64,000 nucleotides of DNA, taken from assembly GCA_965197525.1 (NCBI GenBank), contig OZ240211.1, positions 1,248,001 to 1,312,000 of the forward strand, written 5' to 3'. The stretch is from Nitrosopumilus sp. Lineage in GTDB: Archaea > Thermoproteota > Nitrososphaeria > Nitrososphaerales > Nitrosopumilaceae. Of this stretch, positions 50,934 to 60,890 are shown piece by piece; the stretch's first letter is position 1; each line of letters begins with the position of its first letter. The translations under genes were made by a program, and so were the position numbers. The notes beneath the pieces were generated by a model. The model saw nothing but the letters and a program-made list of their open reading frames with translations. It was not told the origin of the DNA and searched no databases.

Positions 50934-51065
50934 ATGGATCCAACAGAATTATGTTCATGTAAATGTCATTATGGTGGTGCTGTTAGTTGTCCTAGTTGTA
51001 AGAATAGTCATAATAACAATAGTAACAGTAATGATGATACAATATGCTGTCATTGTAAAGATTAG
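50934..51065 (+). CDS. Cys/His-rich 43-aa peptide (metallothionein-like), not in ORF track
   Basis: MDPTELCSCKCHYGGAVSCPSCKNSHNNNSNSNDDTICCHCKD*; fills the intergenic gap, ends 3 nt before the convergent gene's stop. Confidence 0.65.
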   Translation: MDPTELCSCKCHYGGAVSCPSCKNSHNNNSNSNDDTICCHCKD

Positions 51066-51067
51066 AA

Positions 51068-51547
51068 TTATTTTGAATTCTTTCTTTTAGTCGATAACGT
51101 TTTGAGATTAGCCAGCTCAGTCTTTAATGACTCAATCTGGACACGGGTCTCTAGGTTGGCAATTTGTTGATTTAATCGTTCAATCTCATCATCTTTGAGT
51201 TTGACTGATTTCTTCAAATCGTTCAATTCAAGTGATAGTTCGTTTTGAATCTGCTTTATCTCTACTAGAGCAACTTGGTCTCCTTGAGTTGTAATTTTTA
51301 CAACCTGCATATCCTCCTGTGAGTGTCCAATTTCGTTGTGAGATGGGGTGGCATAACTATGCATATAATCAGTACTCTTTTGAGAGATCCAGCACGTAAA
51401 TGTTAGAAAAGCTGTAATTGGGATTGCCATTATGAATATAAAATTTAAAAGAGACGTCCATTCAAGAAACCAAAACCACGTTATAGCTAGTGCTACTGTA
51501 AAAACACCTGTTGCCAAAGTAGCCAACTGATTCCCCAAATACCCCAT
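51068..51547 (-). CDS. Hypothetical membrane protein with C-terminal coiled coil
   Basis: Two TM helices, then heptad pattern. Confidence 0.7.
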   Translation of the reverse strand: MGYLGNQLATLATGVFTVALAITWFWFLEWTSLLNFIFIMAIPITAFLTFTCWISQKSTDYMHSYATPSHNEIGHSQEDMQVVKITTQGDQVALVEIKQIQNELSLELNDLKKSVKLKDDEIERLNQQIANLETRVQIESLKTELANLKTLSTKRKNSK

Positions 51548-51718
51548 TAGTTATTTTGAAAATTCATTATTTATAATAGTAATGCTGCTAAAAGGGATCG
51601 CGCGTATTTACGATAATGCCTAATAGAACAACGTTTTGTGCAGTTAGAAAATAAACACTGGGTTTGATCTAAACCTTCCTTACAAAAGACTATAAAGATG
51701 TGCTAGAAGATCAACTGT

Positions 51719-52195
51719 ATGGCTACAGTAAATATTGAAACCAATTTAGGGAAAATTTCATTCAAGTTATTGCCTGAATTAGCGCCAGAGACTGTAAGAA
51801 ACTTTGAAAAATTAGTAAAAGATGGATTTTATGATGGTACTTTATTCCACAGGATTATCCCCGGTTTCATGATCCAAGGCGGTGATCCCAACACAAAAAC
51901 CGATAACAAGGGATCATGGGGAATGGGAGGAGCGGGATACACCATAAACGCTGAATTTAGTTCAAGATCTCATCTAAGAGGTATAGTATCTATGGCTAGA
52001 GCACAAGACCCAAACAGTGCAGGTTCACAGTTTTTCATAGTAACAGCAGATAGTACATTCCTAGATAAGCAGTATACTGTATTTGGAGAGGTAACACAAG
52101 GAATGGATGTTGCAGACAAGATTGTAAAACAGGATAGAGACAATAATGACTGTCCGTTAGAAAAGATACAGATGACTCGTGTTAGTGTAGAATAA
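51719..52195 (+). CDS. Cyclophilin-type peptidyl-prolyl isomerase
   Basis: FHRIIPGFMIQGGDP, SMARAQDPNSAGSQFFI, YTVFGEV. Confidence 0.95.
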   Translation: MATVNIETNLGKISFKLLPELAPETVRNFEKLVKDGFYDGTLFHRIIPGFMIQGGDPNTKTDNKGSWGMGGAGYTINAEFSSRSHLRGIVSMARAQDPNSAGSQFFIVTADSTFLDKQYTVFGEVTQGMDVADKIVKQDRDNNDCPLEKIQMTRVSVE

Positions 52196-53118
52196 TGAAG
52201 TTAGTAATCGTGGTATTTATCGTAATATCAATAATTTTAGCAACTATACCTACAGTAGGTGCGCAGGAGATTAAAGTTGGATCAGATGCAAAACAGAAGC
52301 CCATAGACATTACCATAGATGTAGATGGTAATATCCATGTAACACATATCGTTCTCGCATCTAATGCACCTAGCCAATTAACATTGATAGATGGTACAGT
52401 AGAAAACCTCATAATGTCTGATGAGGCAGGCAGCACACAACCAGTAACAAAGATTTCCGGTAGTAATGATGTGTTGATTTTACCGTCTGGAAGTAATTCA
52501 GTTATAGAATATGATTTGAAAGATGTGTTATTGTTAAAAGATGGCATATGGACATGGGATTTTCTGTATCTTGAAACAACAAACTTTTTCCTGCCTAAAG
52601 AGGTAGAGTTATTTTTTGTAAACGAAAGAGGGGTATATCTAGGTGAGAAGAAGGGGTTTGCATGTCATGGTTGTCAAATGACTTTGGAATATTCATTGAA
52701 TCAACCAAGTAATATGCAGAAAGTCAGTTGGGAAGATCACGAATTTCTTGTAGAGATCCGAACCTTCAAAGAGATAGAGAGTTTCACATTTGACCAATCC
52801 GCAAAACAGATTGCATTTGATGTAATTGGTATGGATGACGAAGATGAAGATCGTAATAGTAAATTTCTCACCGCAGTAATACCATTGGAATTGCTGTGGG
52901 AACCATACGTGGTATTTCTTGATGAACAAAGAATACCCCATACTCAATACACCAATAATGGAACACATGCATGGGTTAACATGCATCCAGACGCAACAGG
53001 GGAAATTTCGATAATAGGCACTACTGTTATTCCAGAATTTCCAATTATTGCCCCACTAGCAATTGGATTTTTAATGATTTTGGTAATTCCGTGGATAAGA
53101 AGAGTTAATCTCCGCTAG
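52195..53118 (+). CDS. Exported protein with PEF(G)-CTERM-type sorting signal
   Basis: Signal peptide; C-terminal VIPEFP + TM + basic tail. Confidence 0.8.
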   Translation: MKLVIVVFIVISIILATIPTVGAQEIKVGSDAKQKPIDITIDVDGNIHVTHIVLASNAPSQLTLIDGTVENLIMSDEAGSTQPVTKISGSNDVLILPSGSNSVIEYDLKDVLLLKDGIWTWDFLYLETTNFFLPKEVELFFVNERGVYLGEKKGFACHGCQMTLEYSLNQPSNMQKVSWEDHEFLVEIRTFKEIESFTFDQSAKQIAFDVIGMDDEDEDRNSKFLTAVIPLELLWEPYVVFLDEQRIPHTQYTNNGTHAWVNMHPDATGEISIIGTTVIPEFPIIAPLAIGFLMILVIPWIRRVNLR

Positions 53119-53260
53119 AGCCGCAAGAACAAAAACCATATTCATCAACCCTCACATCACACACTGGACACTTTTCGCCATAATCTACCTCCCATGGTTC
53201 TTTCCCAAAGAGTTTAAAGTGATCATCAATCTCTAATGGAATTTCTCTTTTTTTGTCCAA
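53105..53260 (-). CDS. Small Zn-finger-like protein (51 aa), not in ORF track
   Basis: TTG start: MDKKREIPLEIDDHFKLFGKEPWEVDYGEKCPVCDVRVDEYGFCSCGSSGD*. Confidence 0.7.
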   Translation of the reverse strand: MDKKREIPLEIDDHFKLFGKEPWEVDYGEKCPVCDVRVDEYGFCSCGSSGD

Positions 53261-53306
53261 TAGTTTGTATAAGCATTACAACTATACATAGATTATCTGA
53301 GAAATT

Positions 53307-53507
53307 ATGGAAATCAACTGCGGGTGTCACTGTATAAGATGTAAAAGCGTTAATTTGGAATCAAATAGAGTAGGAGGGGTTGAAAAAGATGGATATTTTG
53401 ACATGCATCACACATGTAAAGAATGTAATGCACATTTTGATCATTTAGATGGTGAAGTTTTTTTAAATTGTAAAAGATGTAATTATTCATCAGAATCCAA
53501 AAGTTAG
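53307..53507 (+). CDS. Small Cys-rich Zn-ribbon protein
   Basis: CxCxCxxC, CxxC and CxxC motifs. Confidence 0.7.
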   Translation: MEINCGCHCIRCKSVNLESNRVGGVEKDGYFDMHHTCKECNAHFDHLDGEVFLNCKRCNYSSESKS

Positions 53508-53764
53508 AGAAGAGTATTAACAACGGATTTGTATGAATATTTGTATGTATGATGTTTTAGTGTTTTAATTTAGTAATGTCGTTTTTATCTTTTTTGTCGT
53601 TGTTGACTCCGTGTTTCTTATCTTGTTAATGATTAACCAGCTGTTGTAATAGATATATTAGATAATTTATCATCTAGAGAAATCTCTAAGAAATTAGAAG
53701 ATAATAGATTATAAGATATATGGCTAGAGGAATTAATAGTCACAAATACATTATAAACAACTAG

Positions 53765-54505
53765 TTAACGTTCTTGTGTTGTGGGTCGTATTAAGATCTC
53801 ATTCACATTAACGTGTGGTGGAGAATCCACAGCATATAAAATTGCGTTTGCAATGTCATCTGCCTGTAATGATGTCATTTTTTTTGCGTTTTCCACAAAT
53901 CCTTGCAAAGACTCATCAGTTATTGCGTCATTAAGCTCCGTTGCTACAACTCCAGGTTCAATGCTTGTGACTCTAATGTTGGAACGGACACTAAATTCTT
54001 GACGTAATCCTTCACTGAGTGCTGCAACTGCGTGTTTTGTAGCACAATAAACACTGCCGGCAGGAAACACAATTCTTCCAGCAACCGATGAGAGATTGAC
54101 AATATGGCCTGATTTCTTCTCTTTCATGTGATTGATGACAGCTGCGGTGGAATACAAGACGCCCTTGATGTTGACATCGATCATTTTTTCCCACTCATCA
54201 ACTTTGAGATTTTTAAAAAAGCTCAAAGGCATCAGTCCAGCATTATTTACAAGAATATCCACTGTTCCCCATTTTTTTAACACCGCATTCACAAAATCGT
54301 CACAGTTAGATCTCTGTGTGACATCTAGTTTTTTATAAAATACTTGATTATCCTCAGATGTTATTATGCCTGCAAGAGATTCTAATCGATCGACCCTTCT
54401 TGCTCCTATTGCAACCTTTGCACCTGCTCGAGATAACGCTAAAGCAGTAGCATATCCAATACCACTACTTGCTCCTGTAATTATTGCAACTTTGTCTCTA
54501 ACCAT
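53765..54505 (-). CDS. Short-chain dehydrogenase/reductase (YdfG-like)
   Basis: ITGASSGIG, NNAG, YCATKHA. Confidence 0.92.
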   Translation of the reverse strand: MVRDKVAIITGASSGIGYATALALSRAGAKVAIGARRVDRLESLAGIITSEDNQVFYKKLDVTQRSNCDDFVNAVLKKWGTVDILVNNAGLMPLSFFKNLKVDEWEKMIDVNIKGVLYSTAAVINHMKEKKSGHIVNLSSVAGRIVFPAGSVYCATKHAVAALSEGLRQEFSVRSNIRVTSIEPGVVATELNDAITDESLQGFVENAKKMTSLQADDIANAILYAVDSPPHVNVNEILIRPTTQER

Positions 54506-54608
54506 TCAAGCTCAAATGATCCAAATGAAATCATTGTAAAAATGTTTAGACATTCAATAAAAGATTATCACTAACACCTTTATTAAAAGAATAACAGCTA
54601 CTACAACT

Positions 54609-54830
54609 ATGGAAGCAGAGAACTGTGCATATTGTGGTGAATTAACAGTTATGCCATTTCAATGCAATTATTGTAAAGATCCGTTTTGTGCAGAACACAG
54701 ACTTCCAGAAGAACATAGGTGTGTAAAACTTACACAAATAAGAGCACAGAGATTTGGTGAAAAAAAAGTAATACGGGATGGAGGACGTAACAAGCCAAAC
54801 ATTTTCAAACGAATTTTTGGACGATTTTAA
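54609..54830 (+). CDS. AN1-type zinc finger protein
   Basis: CAYC...PFQCNYCKDPFCAEHRLPEEHRC. Confidence 0.88.
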   Translation: MEAENCAYCGELTVMPFQCNYCKDPFCAEHRLPEEHRCVKLTQIRAQRFGEKKVIRDGGRNKPNIFKRIFGRF

Positions 54831-54832
54831 AA

Positions 54833-55117
54833 TCAGTATGGGCTTTTATCAGGAGAAATTTTTGCGCGTCGTCCCTGATAGAGTAAAGCAACGGCAAGTG
54901 CAAACATTACCATAGCAGTTAATGGAAAATTTTGAGGTGCGGGTAAGATAAACCAATAATAAATTCCGAAACCAATAGAGACTACTGCTTGAGTCCACAA
55001 CTTTGCCCATTTTGGAGCCCGAAGTAATCTACTTAAGATTTCAACTAAAAAAATTCCAATTACAGGATAAATGGTATAGAATAAAAAATCAATTACATCA
55101 ACGCCCGTATGAGACAT
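54833..55117 (-). CDS. Small membrane protein
   Basis: Three hydrophobic helices. Confidence 0.7.
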   Translation of the reverse strand: MSHTGVDVIDFLFYTIYPVIGIFLVEILSRLLRAPKWAKLWTQAVVSIGFGIYYWFILPAPQNFPLTAMVMFALAVALLYQGRRAKISPDKSPY

Positions 55118-55172
55118 ACATCAACACCTAAACAAAATATACATCATGCTCAATAAAAATTATAATTTTTGT

Positions 55173-55730
55173 TTAATCCTTCCAACTAACTCGCTTTGCA
55201 ATATTCTTAGTAATTAATGCTTGAGCATTTTCGTATGGAATAGTGGCGACATCTTCAATTTTGAAAGGACCATAAATTTCAAGATCAGCTCCGGTTAAGA
55301 CATCCGCGTCTTTAAGAAAACGAACTACAACTTTCTTAGTTTTATGATCATTGGCTAATGACTCTAGAAATTTGGATTTGCCATTAATAGTTGCTGAAAT
55401 AATCATGTCTATCTTTCCTTTTTTATCGTCTTGCGAATCTAGAATAAATTTCTCCTCATCTAAAAGAAGACCAATCTCAAAGTTGCCAGTCTGTAAAATT
55501 TTATCAAGCCTAACCTGTATTAATAATGAAGTAAGTTCTGTGACCATCTCTACCATAGTATTTTTAATCTGATTTTCGACACCCTCAAACTCTTGTTTGC
55601 TTAGGTTTCCAATAAAATCGGCAAGGTTGCGGTAAAAGCTTGAGTCTATCTCCAAAATAGAATCGTTTTCTATCTCACGTAAAACTGTGTGATGTAAAGT
55701 GTTGATGTTAATCTCTTCGGATTCGGACAT
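55173..55730 (-). CDS. GINS complex subunit (Gins15-like)
   Basis: Helical A domain followed by VVVRFLKD...GADLEIYGPFK.EDVATIPYENA B domain. Confidence 0.82.
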   Translation of the reverse strand: MSESEEININTLHHTVLREIENDSILEIDSSFYRNLADFIGNLSKQEFEGVENQIKNTMVEMVTELTSLLIQVRLDKILQTGNFEIGLLLDEEKFILDSQDDKKGKIDMIISATINGKSKFLESLANDHKTKKVVVRFLKDADVLTGADLEIYGPFKIEDVATIPYENAQALITKNIAKRVSWKD

Positions 55731-55782
55731 TTCCTACCTAATCCTTAAATGACTGTTGTATTTGTGTTTGATCGAGTAGAAC

Positions 55783-57243
55783 TTGCCATATAAAGTAAGC
55801 CACGGTAAAGCAATTCAAGTAAAATTCTCAGCTGATGAAGTGTTCTCACGAATTCAACATGAAGGAATTCAGTTCATCGATCTGCAATTTACAGGTTTGA
55901 CAGGCCACTTTCATCACACCACAATCTCAGCAGATACCTTCACGCATGAACAGATGAGGGATGGGTTGCCAAAGTTAGATGGTTCGTCGATTGTCGGCTT
56001 TACAAGCATTGATGACTCAGATCTGCTCTTAAAACCAGATCCAAACACGTTTGCAATAATTCCTTGGATGACAGAAAATAAAACGGCGAGAATGCTATGC
56101 GATGTTTATTGGGGAGAGGACAGGGGGAGACTAGCACGAGATCCTAGAGGAATCTCTCAAAAAGCTGAAGAGTATATTCAATCGCAGGGGTTTGATTTTA
56201 GTAATTGGGGACCAGAAGTTGAATTTTTTGTCTTCGATAAAGTGCATTGGGATGTTCTAACACCATACAAAGGACAATCCTATTCAATAGAATCAAAGGA
56301 AGCGCCATGGAGTCAGTCAGGAGACGGATATCCAATGGGATTACAAGAAGGATACTATCCAAGTACGCCGTCAGATACTTTAACTCCGTATAGGAATGAA
56401 TGTGTTAATATTCTCAAAAATAATTTTGGGATTTTGTGTGATAACCACCATCACGAAGTCGCAACAGCTGGACAGTGTGAGATCGATATAAAGTATGATC
56501 ATATGACAAATGCTGCAGATGCTGCACAGACTTACAAGTATGTGATTAGAAATGTTGCACAAAAATATGGGAAGGTGGCAACCATGATGCCAAAACCGAT
56601 TGCAATGGATTCAGGTTCTGGCATGCATGTCAATGTTAGTTTATGGAAAGGAAAGGAAAACGCATTTTATGATCCAGATAATGAATTTGAATTAAGCCAG
56701 ACTGCAAGATATTTTTGTGGTGGGATAGTTAACCATGCAAAAGCATTATCGGCAATTTGTAATCCTACTACTAACTCATACCATAGACTAGTTCCAGGAT
56801 ATGAAGCTCCAGCATACATTGCATGGAGTTCTGGAAATCGTTCTGCAATTGTGAGAGTTCCAAAACACCTTAGAGGTAAACGATACTCAAACCTAAAGAG
56901 GTTGGAGTTTAGAGCTCCTGACCCTTCATCAAACCCATATCTTGTGTTTGCAGCAGTGACAGCTGCCGGAATGGATGGAATAAAAAAGAAGACGGATCCC
57001 GGTGAACAAGTACGTGATGATATCTTCAAAATGACTAAATCAGATAGGGCAAAGAAGAAAATAGGTGTTTTGCCAAAAAGTTTAGGAGAGGCATTAGACG
57101 AATTAGAAAGTGATAGAAAGTTCCTGAACACGATTTTTGTTAATGATGTTATTGATAAGATTATAGAATTAGAGAGAAGAGATCAGCGCGAGATATCTAT
57201 TAGGCCCCACCCACATGAATTTTATCTATACTTTGATATCTAA
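55783..57243 (+). CDS. glnA: Glutamine synthetase type I
   Basis: DGSSI, GPEVEFF, HHHEVA, TMMPKP...GSGMH, RLVPGYEAP, RLEFRAPDP. Confidence 0.97.
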   Translation: MPYKVSHGKAIQVKFSADEVFSRIQHEGIQFIDLQFTGLTGHFHHTTISADTFTHEQMRDGLPKLDGSSIVGFTSIDDSDLLLKPDPNTFAIIPWMTENKTARMLCDVYWGEDRGRLARDPRGISQKAEEYIQSQGFDFSNWGPEVEFFVFDKVHWDVLTPYKGQSYSIESKEAPWSQSGDGYPMGLQEGYYPSTPSDTLTPYRNECVNILKNNFGILCDNHHHEVATAGQCEIDIKYDHMTNAADAAQTYKYVIRNVAQKYGKVATMMPKPIAMDSGSGMHVNVSLWKGKENAFYDPDNEFELSQTARYFCGGIVNHAKALSAICNPTTNSYHRLVPGYEAPAYIAWSSGNRSAIVRVPKHLRGKRYSNLKRLEFRAPDPSSNPYLVFAAVTAAGMDGIKKKTDPGEQVRDDIFKMTKSDRAKKKIGVLPKSLGEALDELESDRKFLNTIFVNDVIDKIIELERRDQREISIRPHPHEFYLYFDI

Positions 57244-57387
57244 ACTGTTAAGATAAAAATAATTGTTCGCGCCTTTTTTAGATTTGTGCCTGAGAACGTA
57301 TTATGGAGGTGGTTGATGTGATTTAGGTGTATTAGAACAATCACAAGTATAGTAAAACAACATTGGTAATTCAATATGGATTCCGAA

Positions 57388-57666
57388 TCAAGTTCTTCCA
57401 GTTAGATTAAAAACTAAAAACAAGGATAATCCAAGTAAAGCAAATCCAGATCCGAGAAATATAGTTCTTTTATTGTAAGATGTGGCAGCCTTGTATAACA
57501 GAATGCCTCCTACAAGACCGAGAAGTAGCACTAGAACACCAGATACTGTATCGGTATAAGGGGTCATTGTGATGAGTGGATAAAAGACTCCTGCAAGTAG
57601 TGTAAAAAAGATAATCAAATAGATGTACTTAAAACTAGTCAGTAGTGTAGATATAGTCTTATTCAA
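57388..57666 (-). CDS. Small membrane protein
   Basis: Three hydrophobic helices. Confidence 0.65.
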   Translation of the reverse strand: MNKTISTLLTSFKYIYLIIFFTLLAGVFYPLITMTPYTDTVSGVLVLLLGLVGGILLYKAATSYNKRTIFLGSGFALLGLSLFLVFNLTGRT

Positions 57667-57712
57667 TATGATTCGTAAATATGGTAGACAATTAAAGTTT
57701 TAAAAACAAAAA

Positions 57713-59419
57713 CTACATCATTCCGCCCATGTCAGGCATTCCACCCATACCGGGCATGCCTCCCATACCAGGCATTCCACCCATACCGGGCATGCCTCCT
57801 TCACCACCACCAGGTGGTCCACCAGCAGATTTTTGAGTTGCTATTACATCATCAATTCGAAGAATCATGCAAGCAGCTTCTGCTGCTGACGATACAATCT
57901 GTAGTTTGACTGCAAGTGGTTCAATAATATCACTTGATTTCATATCAACAATTTCGGCCTTCATAACATCAATTCCTGTCCATTTTTCACCTTTTTGTTG
58001 TTTTGAGCGAAGCAGTGTTAAAGTATCAATTGGATCCATTCCAGCATTTTCAGCAAGTGTAATGGGGATCTCCTCTAATGCATCAGCAAATTTTTCAGCT
58101 GCGAGTTGCTCTCTACCTTGTAGAGATTTTGCCCAGTTTCTAAGCATTGTTGCGGCATATGTTTCTGGTGCACCGCCGCCTGCGACAACTTGAGGTTTTA
58201 GTATAACGTCTTTTACAACCATCAGTGCATCATTAACAGAACGTTCAACTTCATCTACAACCCTCTGAGAACCTCCACGAAGAAGTAAGGTCACCGATTT
58301 TGGATGTTTGCAACCTTCAATAAAGACCCATTTGTCTTCTTCGATCTTCTTCTCTTCAACCACATTGGCTATGCCAAGATCTTTCTCAGAGAGATCATCT
58401 AAAGTTGTTATTATTCTGCCTCCGGTTGCTTTTGCAAGTTTGGAAAGATCGCTCTCCTTGATTCTTCGGACAGCAATAATGCCTGCTTTAGCTAGATAAT
58501 GTTGAGCCATGTCATCTAATCCTTTCTGGCATAGCACCACATTTGCACCAGAGTTAATGACTTTGTCAACCATTGTTTTCAACATTTTGTTTTCTTCATC
58601 AAGAAAAGCTTTTAGTTGCTGAGGATCTGAAATGTTGATCTTTGCATCGGTCTCTGTTTTGTTGATCTCCAATGCAACGTTGATTAACGCAATCTTTGCA
58701 TCAGTAACTCTCCTAGGCATACCTCCGTGAACGATCTCTTTATCGAGAACGATGCCTTGGATAATGGTAGAATCTTTAATTGAGCCCCCTGCCTTTTTCT
58801 CTACTTTAATATCATCAATATCTACATCAAATGCTGCGCCATCTTGTTCAGTAACAGCGAGTACTGATTTTACAATTATGTCTGCTAATTGAGTGGAGTC
58901 TTTTCTAACGAGTTTGGTCTGCATTGCTGTCTTGGCAATTTTACTTAGAATGCTACTGTCGTTAGCAGAAACTGCCTCTGCGATATCCTCAAGATACTCT
59001 TTGGCTTTCTTTGCAGACTTTCTATACCCATCAACAATAATTGTTGGATGGACGTCTTGGTCAATTAATGATTCGGCCTCTGAGAGCAAAGAACCTGCAA
59101 AGACAACAGCGGATGTTGTGCCGTCCCCAACTTCGTTATCTGTGGTTTTAGAGATCTCAACGAGCATCTTTGCTGCCGGATGTTGGACATCAATCTCTTT
59201 AAGGATAGTTGCACCGTCATTTGTAATTGTAACGTCACCTAATGAATCAACCAACATCTTATCCATGCCTCTTGGACCAAGACTGCTGTGAACAATTTCA
59301 GCAATAATTTTTGCTGCTGCAATGTTGTTTTTTTGAGCGTCTCGTCCTTTAGTCTCAGAACCGCCTTCCTTTAGTAATACAACAGGCATGTTTCCTTTTG
59401 ATGTAGCTTGCATGCTCAT
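57713..59419 (-). CDS. Thermosome (group II chaperonin) subunit
   Basis: SSLGPRGMDKML, TNDGATIL, GDGTTS, VAGGGA, GGM-repeat tail. Start placed at ATG 59419. Confidence 0.96.
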   Translation of the reverse strand: MSMQATSKGNMPVVLLKEGGSETKGRDAQKNNIAAAKIIAEIVHSSLGPRGMDKMLVDSLGDVTITNDGATILKEIDVQHPAAKMLVEISKTTDNEVGDGTTSAVVFAGSLLSEAESLIDQDVHPTIIVDGYRKSAKKAKEYLEDIAEAVSANDSSILSKIAKTAMQTKLVRKDSTQLADIIVKSVLAVTEQDGAAFDVDIDDIKVEKKAGGSIKDSTIIQGIVLDKEIVHGGMPRRVTDAKIALINVALEINKTETDAKINISDPQQLKAFLDEENKMLKTMVDKVINSGANVVLCQKGLDDMAQHYLAKAGIIAVRRIKESDLSKLAKATGGRIITTLDDLSEKDLGIANVVEEKKIEEDKWVFIEGCKHPKSVTLLLRGGSQRVVDEVERSVNDALMVVKDVILKPQVVAGGGAPETYAATMLRNWAKSLQGREQLAAEKFADALEEIPITLAENAGMDPIDTLTLLRSKQQKGEKWTGIDVMKAEIVDMKSSDIIEPLAVKLQIVSSAAEAACMILRIDDVIATQKSAGGPPGGGEGGMPGMGGMPGMGGMPGMGGMPDMGGMM

Positions 59420-59565
59420 GGATTTCAAAACATAAAATTCCCCTTTTATATCTTGCATTTATGACAGGCTCTATCTTATACGCCGTCACCTTAGTTGCCA
59501 CCATTATTATCATAAAACATTGCTGTATCGGTGTTTTTAAATTGGGAAATTATTTGTAAGGAAAT

Positions 59566-60888
59566 ATGACTAAATCAGAAAACAAGAGATCGTATGATAA
59601 GATTTTCACTAAATTAAAAGAGCACCACAAATTCTTTAATAGCTCGATTCCATTAATTGCAAGTGAGAATATACCTAGTCCTGCAGTTAGGGAAGCGACG
59701 GCTTCAGATTTTGCAAATAGATACGCTGAAGGATGGCCAGGCGAACGAGTTTATGCTGGTTGCCGTTACATCGACGATGTTGAGTTTGAATGCATGGATT
59801 TGGCTAAAAAATTATACAAGGCAGAGTTTGTTGATGTGAGACCAATTTCAGGAGTTGTGGCAAACTTGGCAGTGTATTCAGCTTTTACTAATCCTAGAGA
59901 CGTAATGCTTGCACCGTCAATTCCTGCAGGGGGACACATATCACATGGTAAAAAAGAACACTCTGGTACTGCAGGTTTAGTACATGGGTTAGAGATAGAG
60001 TTCTATCCATTTAATGCAGAAGAAATGACCATAGATGTAGAAAAGACAAAACAAAAGATAAAAGATCTTAAAAAAGCTAAACGTCTCCCAAAGATGGCAA
60101 TGTTTGGCGGTTCATTATTCTTATTCCCACACCCCCTCAAAGAATTATCAGATTTTCTTAAGAGTTATGATATGCATGTTAATTATGATGGAGCACATGT
60201 GGCAGGATTGATTGCTGGTGGAAAGTTCCAAGATCCTCTTCGAGAAGGTGCGGACACAATGACCATGAGTACTCATAAAACTCTGTTTGGGCCACAAGGT
60301 GGTATTATTCTAGGCTCTAAAGAGTATGAGGAGGTAATTAAAAAATCAGTCTTTCCAGGTATGACAAGTAGCCATCATATTCATCATGTGGCGGGAAAAG
60401 CAGTGGCGTTTGCAGAAGCCTTAGAATTTGGGCAAGATTATGCAACTCAAGTAATAAAAAATGCTAAAGTTCTTGCAGAAGCTCTAAGTAATGTAGGATT
60501 CAAAGTACTAGGAGAAAAGAAAGGATTTACCCAATCACACCAGATAGCCGTTAATGTATTGGATTATTCTAACGGGGGACAGGTGGAGTTAGATTTGGAG
60601 AAGGCGAACATAATTGTGAATAGACAACTCATTCCGGGGGACATCAAGGCGGGAAGAAATTATTTCCACCCGGGTGGAATTAGATTGGGTGTTTCGGAGA
60701 TCACACGTCTCGGAATGAATAGAGATGAGATAGTAGAGATTGCAACATTTATGAAACAGGTTGTAATTGAGAAGAAAGATCCAAAGAGAGTACTGGCAAA
60801 AGTTAAAGCTTTGAGAAAAAGTCACCAAAAAGTAAAGTTTTGTTTTGATAAAAAATTAGGCGCATATGAATATGTCAAACTGCGCTAG
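59566..60888 (+). CDS. glyA: Serine hydroxymethyltransferase
   Basis: LIASEN, RYAEGWPGERVYAGC, STHKTLFGPQGG, GIRLG. Confidence 0.96.
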   Translation: MTKSENKRSYDKIFTKLKEHHKFFNSSIPLIASENIPSPAVREATASDFANRYAEGWPGERVYAGCRYIDDVEFECMDLAKKLYKAEFVDVRPISGVVANLAVYSAFTNPRDVMLAPSIPAGGHISHGKKEHSGTAGLVHGLEIEFYPFNAEEMTIDVEKTKQKIKDLKKAKRLPKMAMFGGSLFLFPHPLKELSDFLKSYDMHVNYDGAHVAGLIAGGKFQDPLREGADTMTMSTHKTLFGPQGGIILGSKEYEEVIKKSVFPGMTSSHHIHHVAGKAVAFAEALEFGQDYATQVIKNAKVLAEALSNVGFKVLGEKKGFTQSHQIAVNVLDYSNGGQVELDLEKANIIVNRQLIPGDIKAGRNYFHPGGIRLGVSEITRLGMNRDEIVEIATFMKQVVIEKKDPKRVLAKVKALRKSHQKVKFCFDKKLGAYEYVKLR

Positions 60889-60890
60889 AG

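Noticed and set aside
57713-57810. Tandem repeat near the thermosome 3' end
   Set aside because: Ordinary GGM tail of chaperonins.
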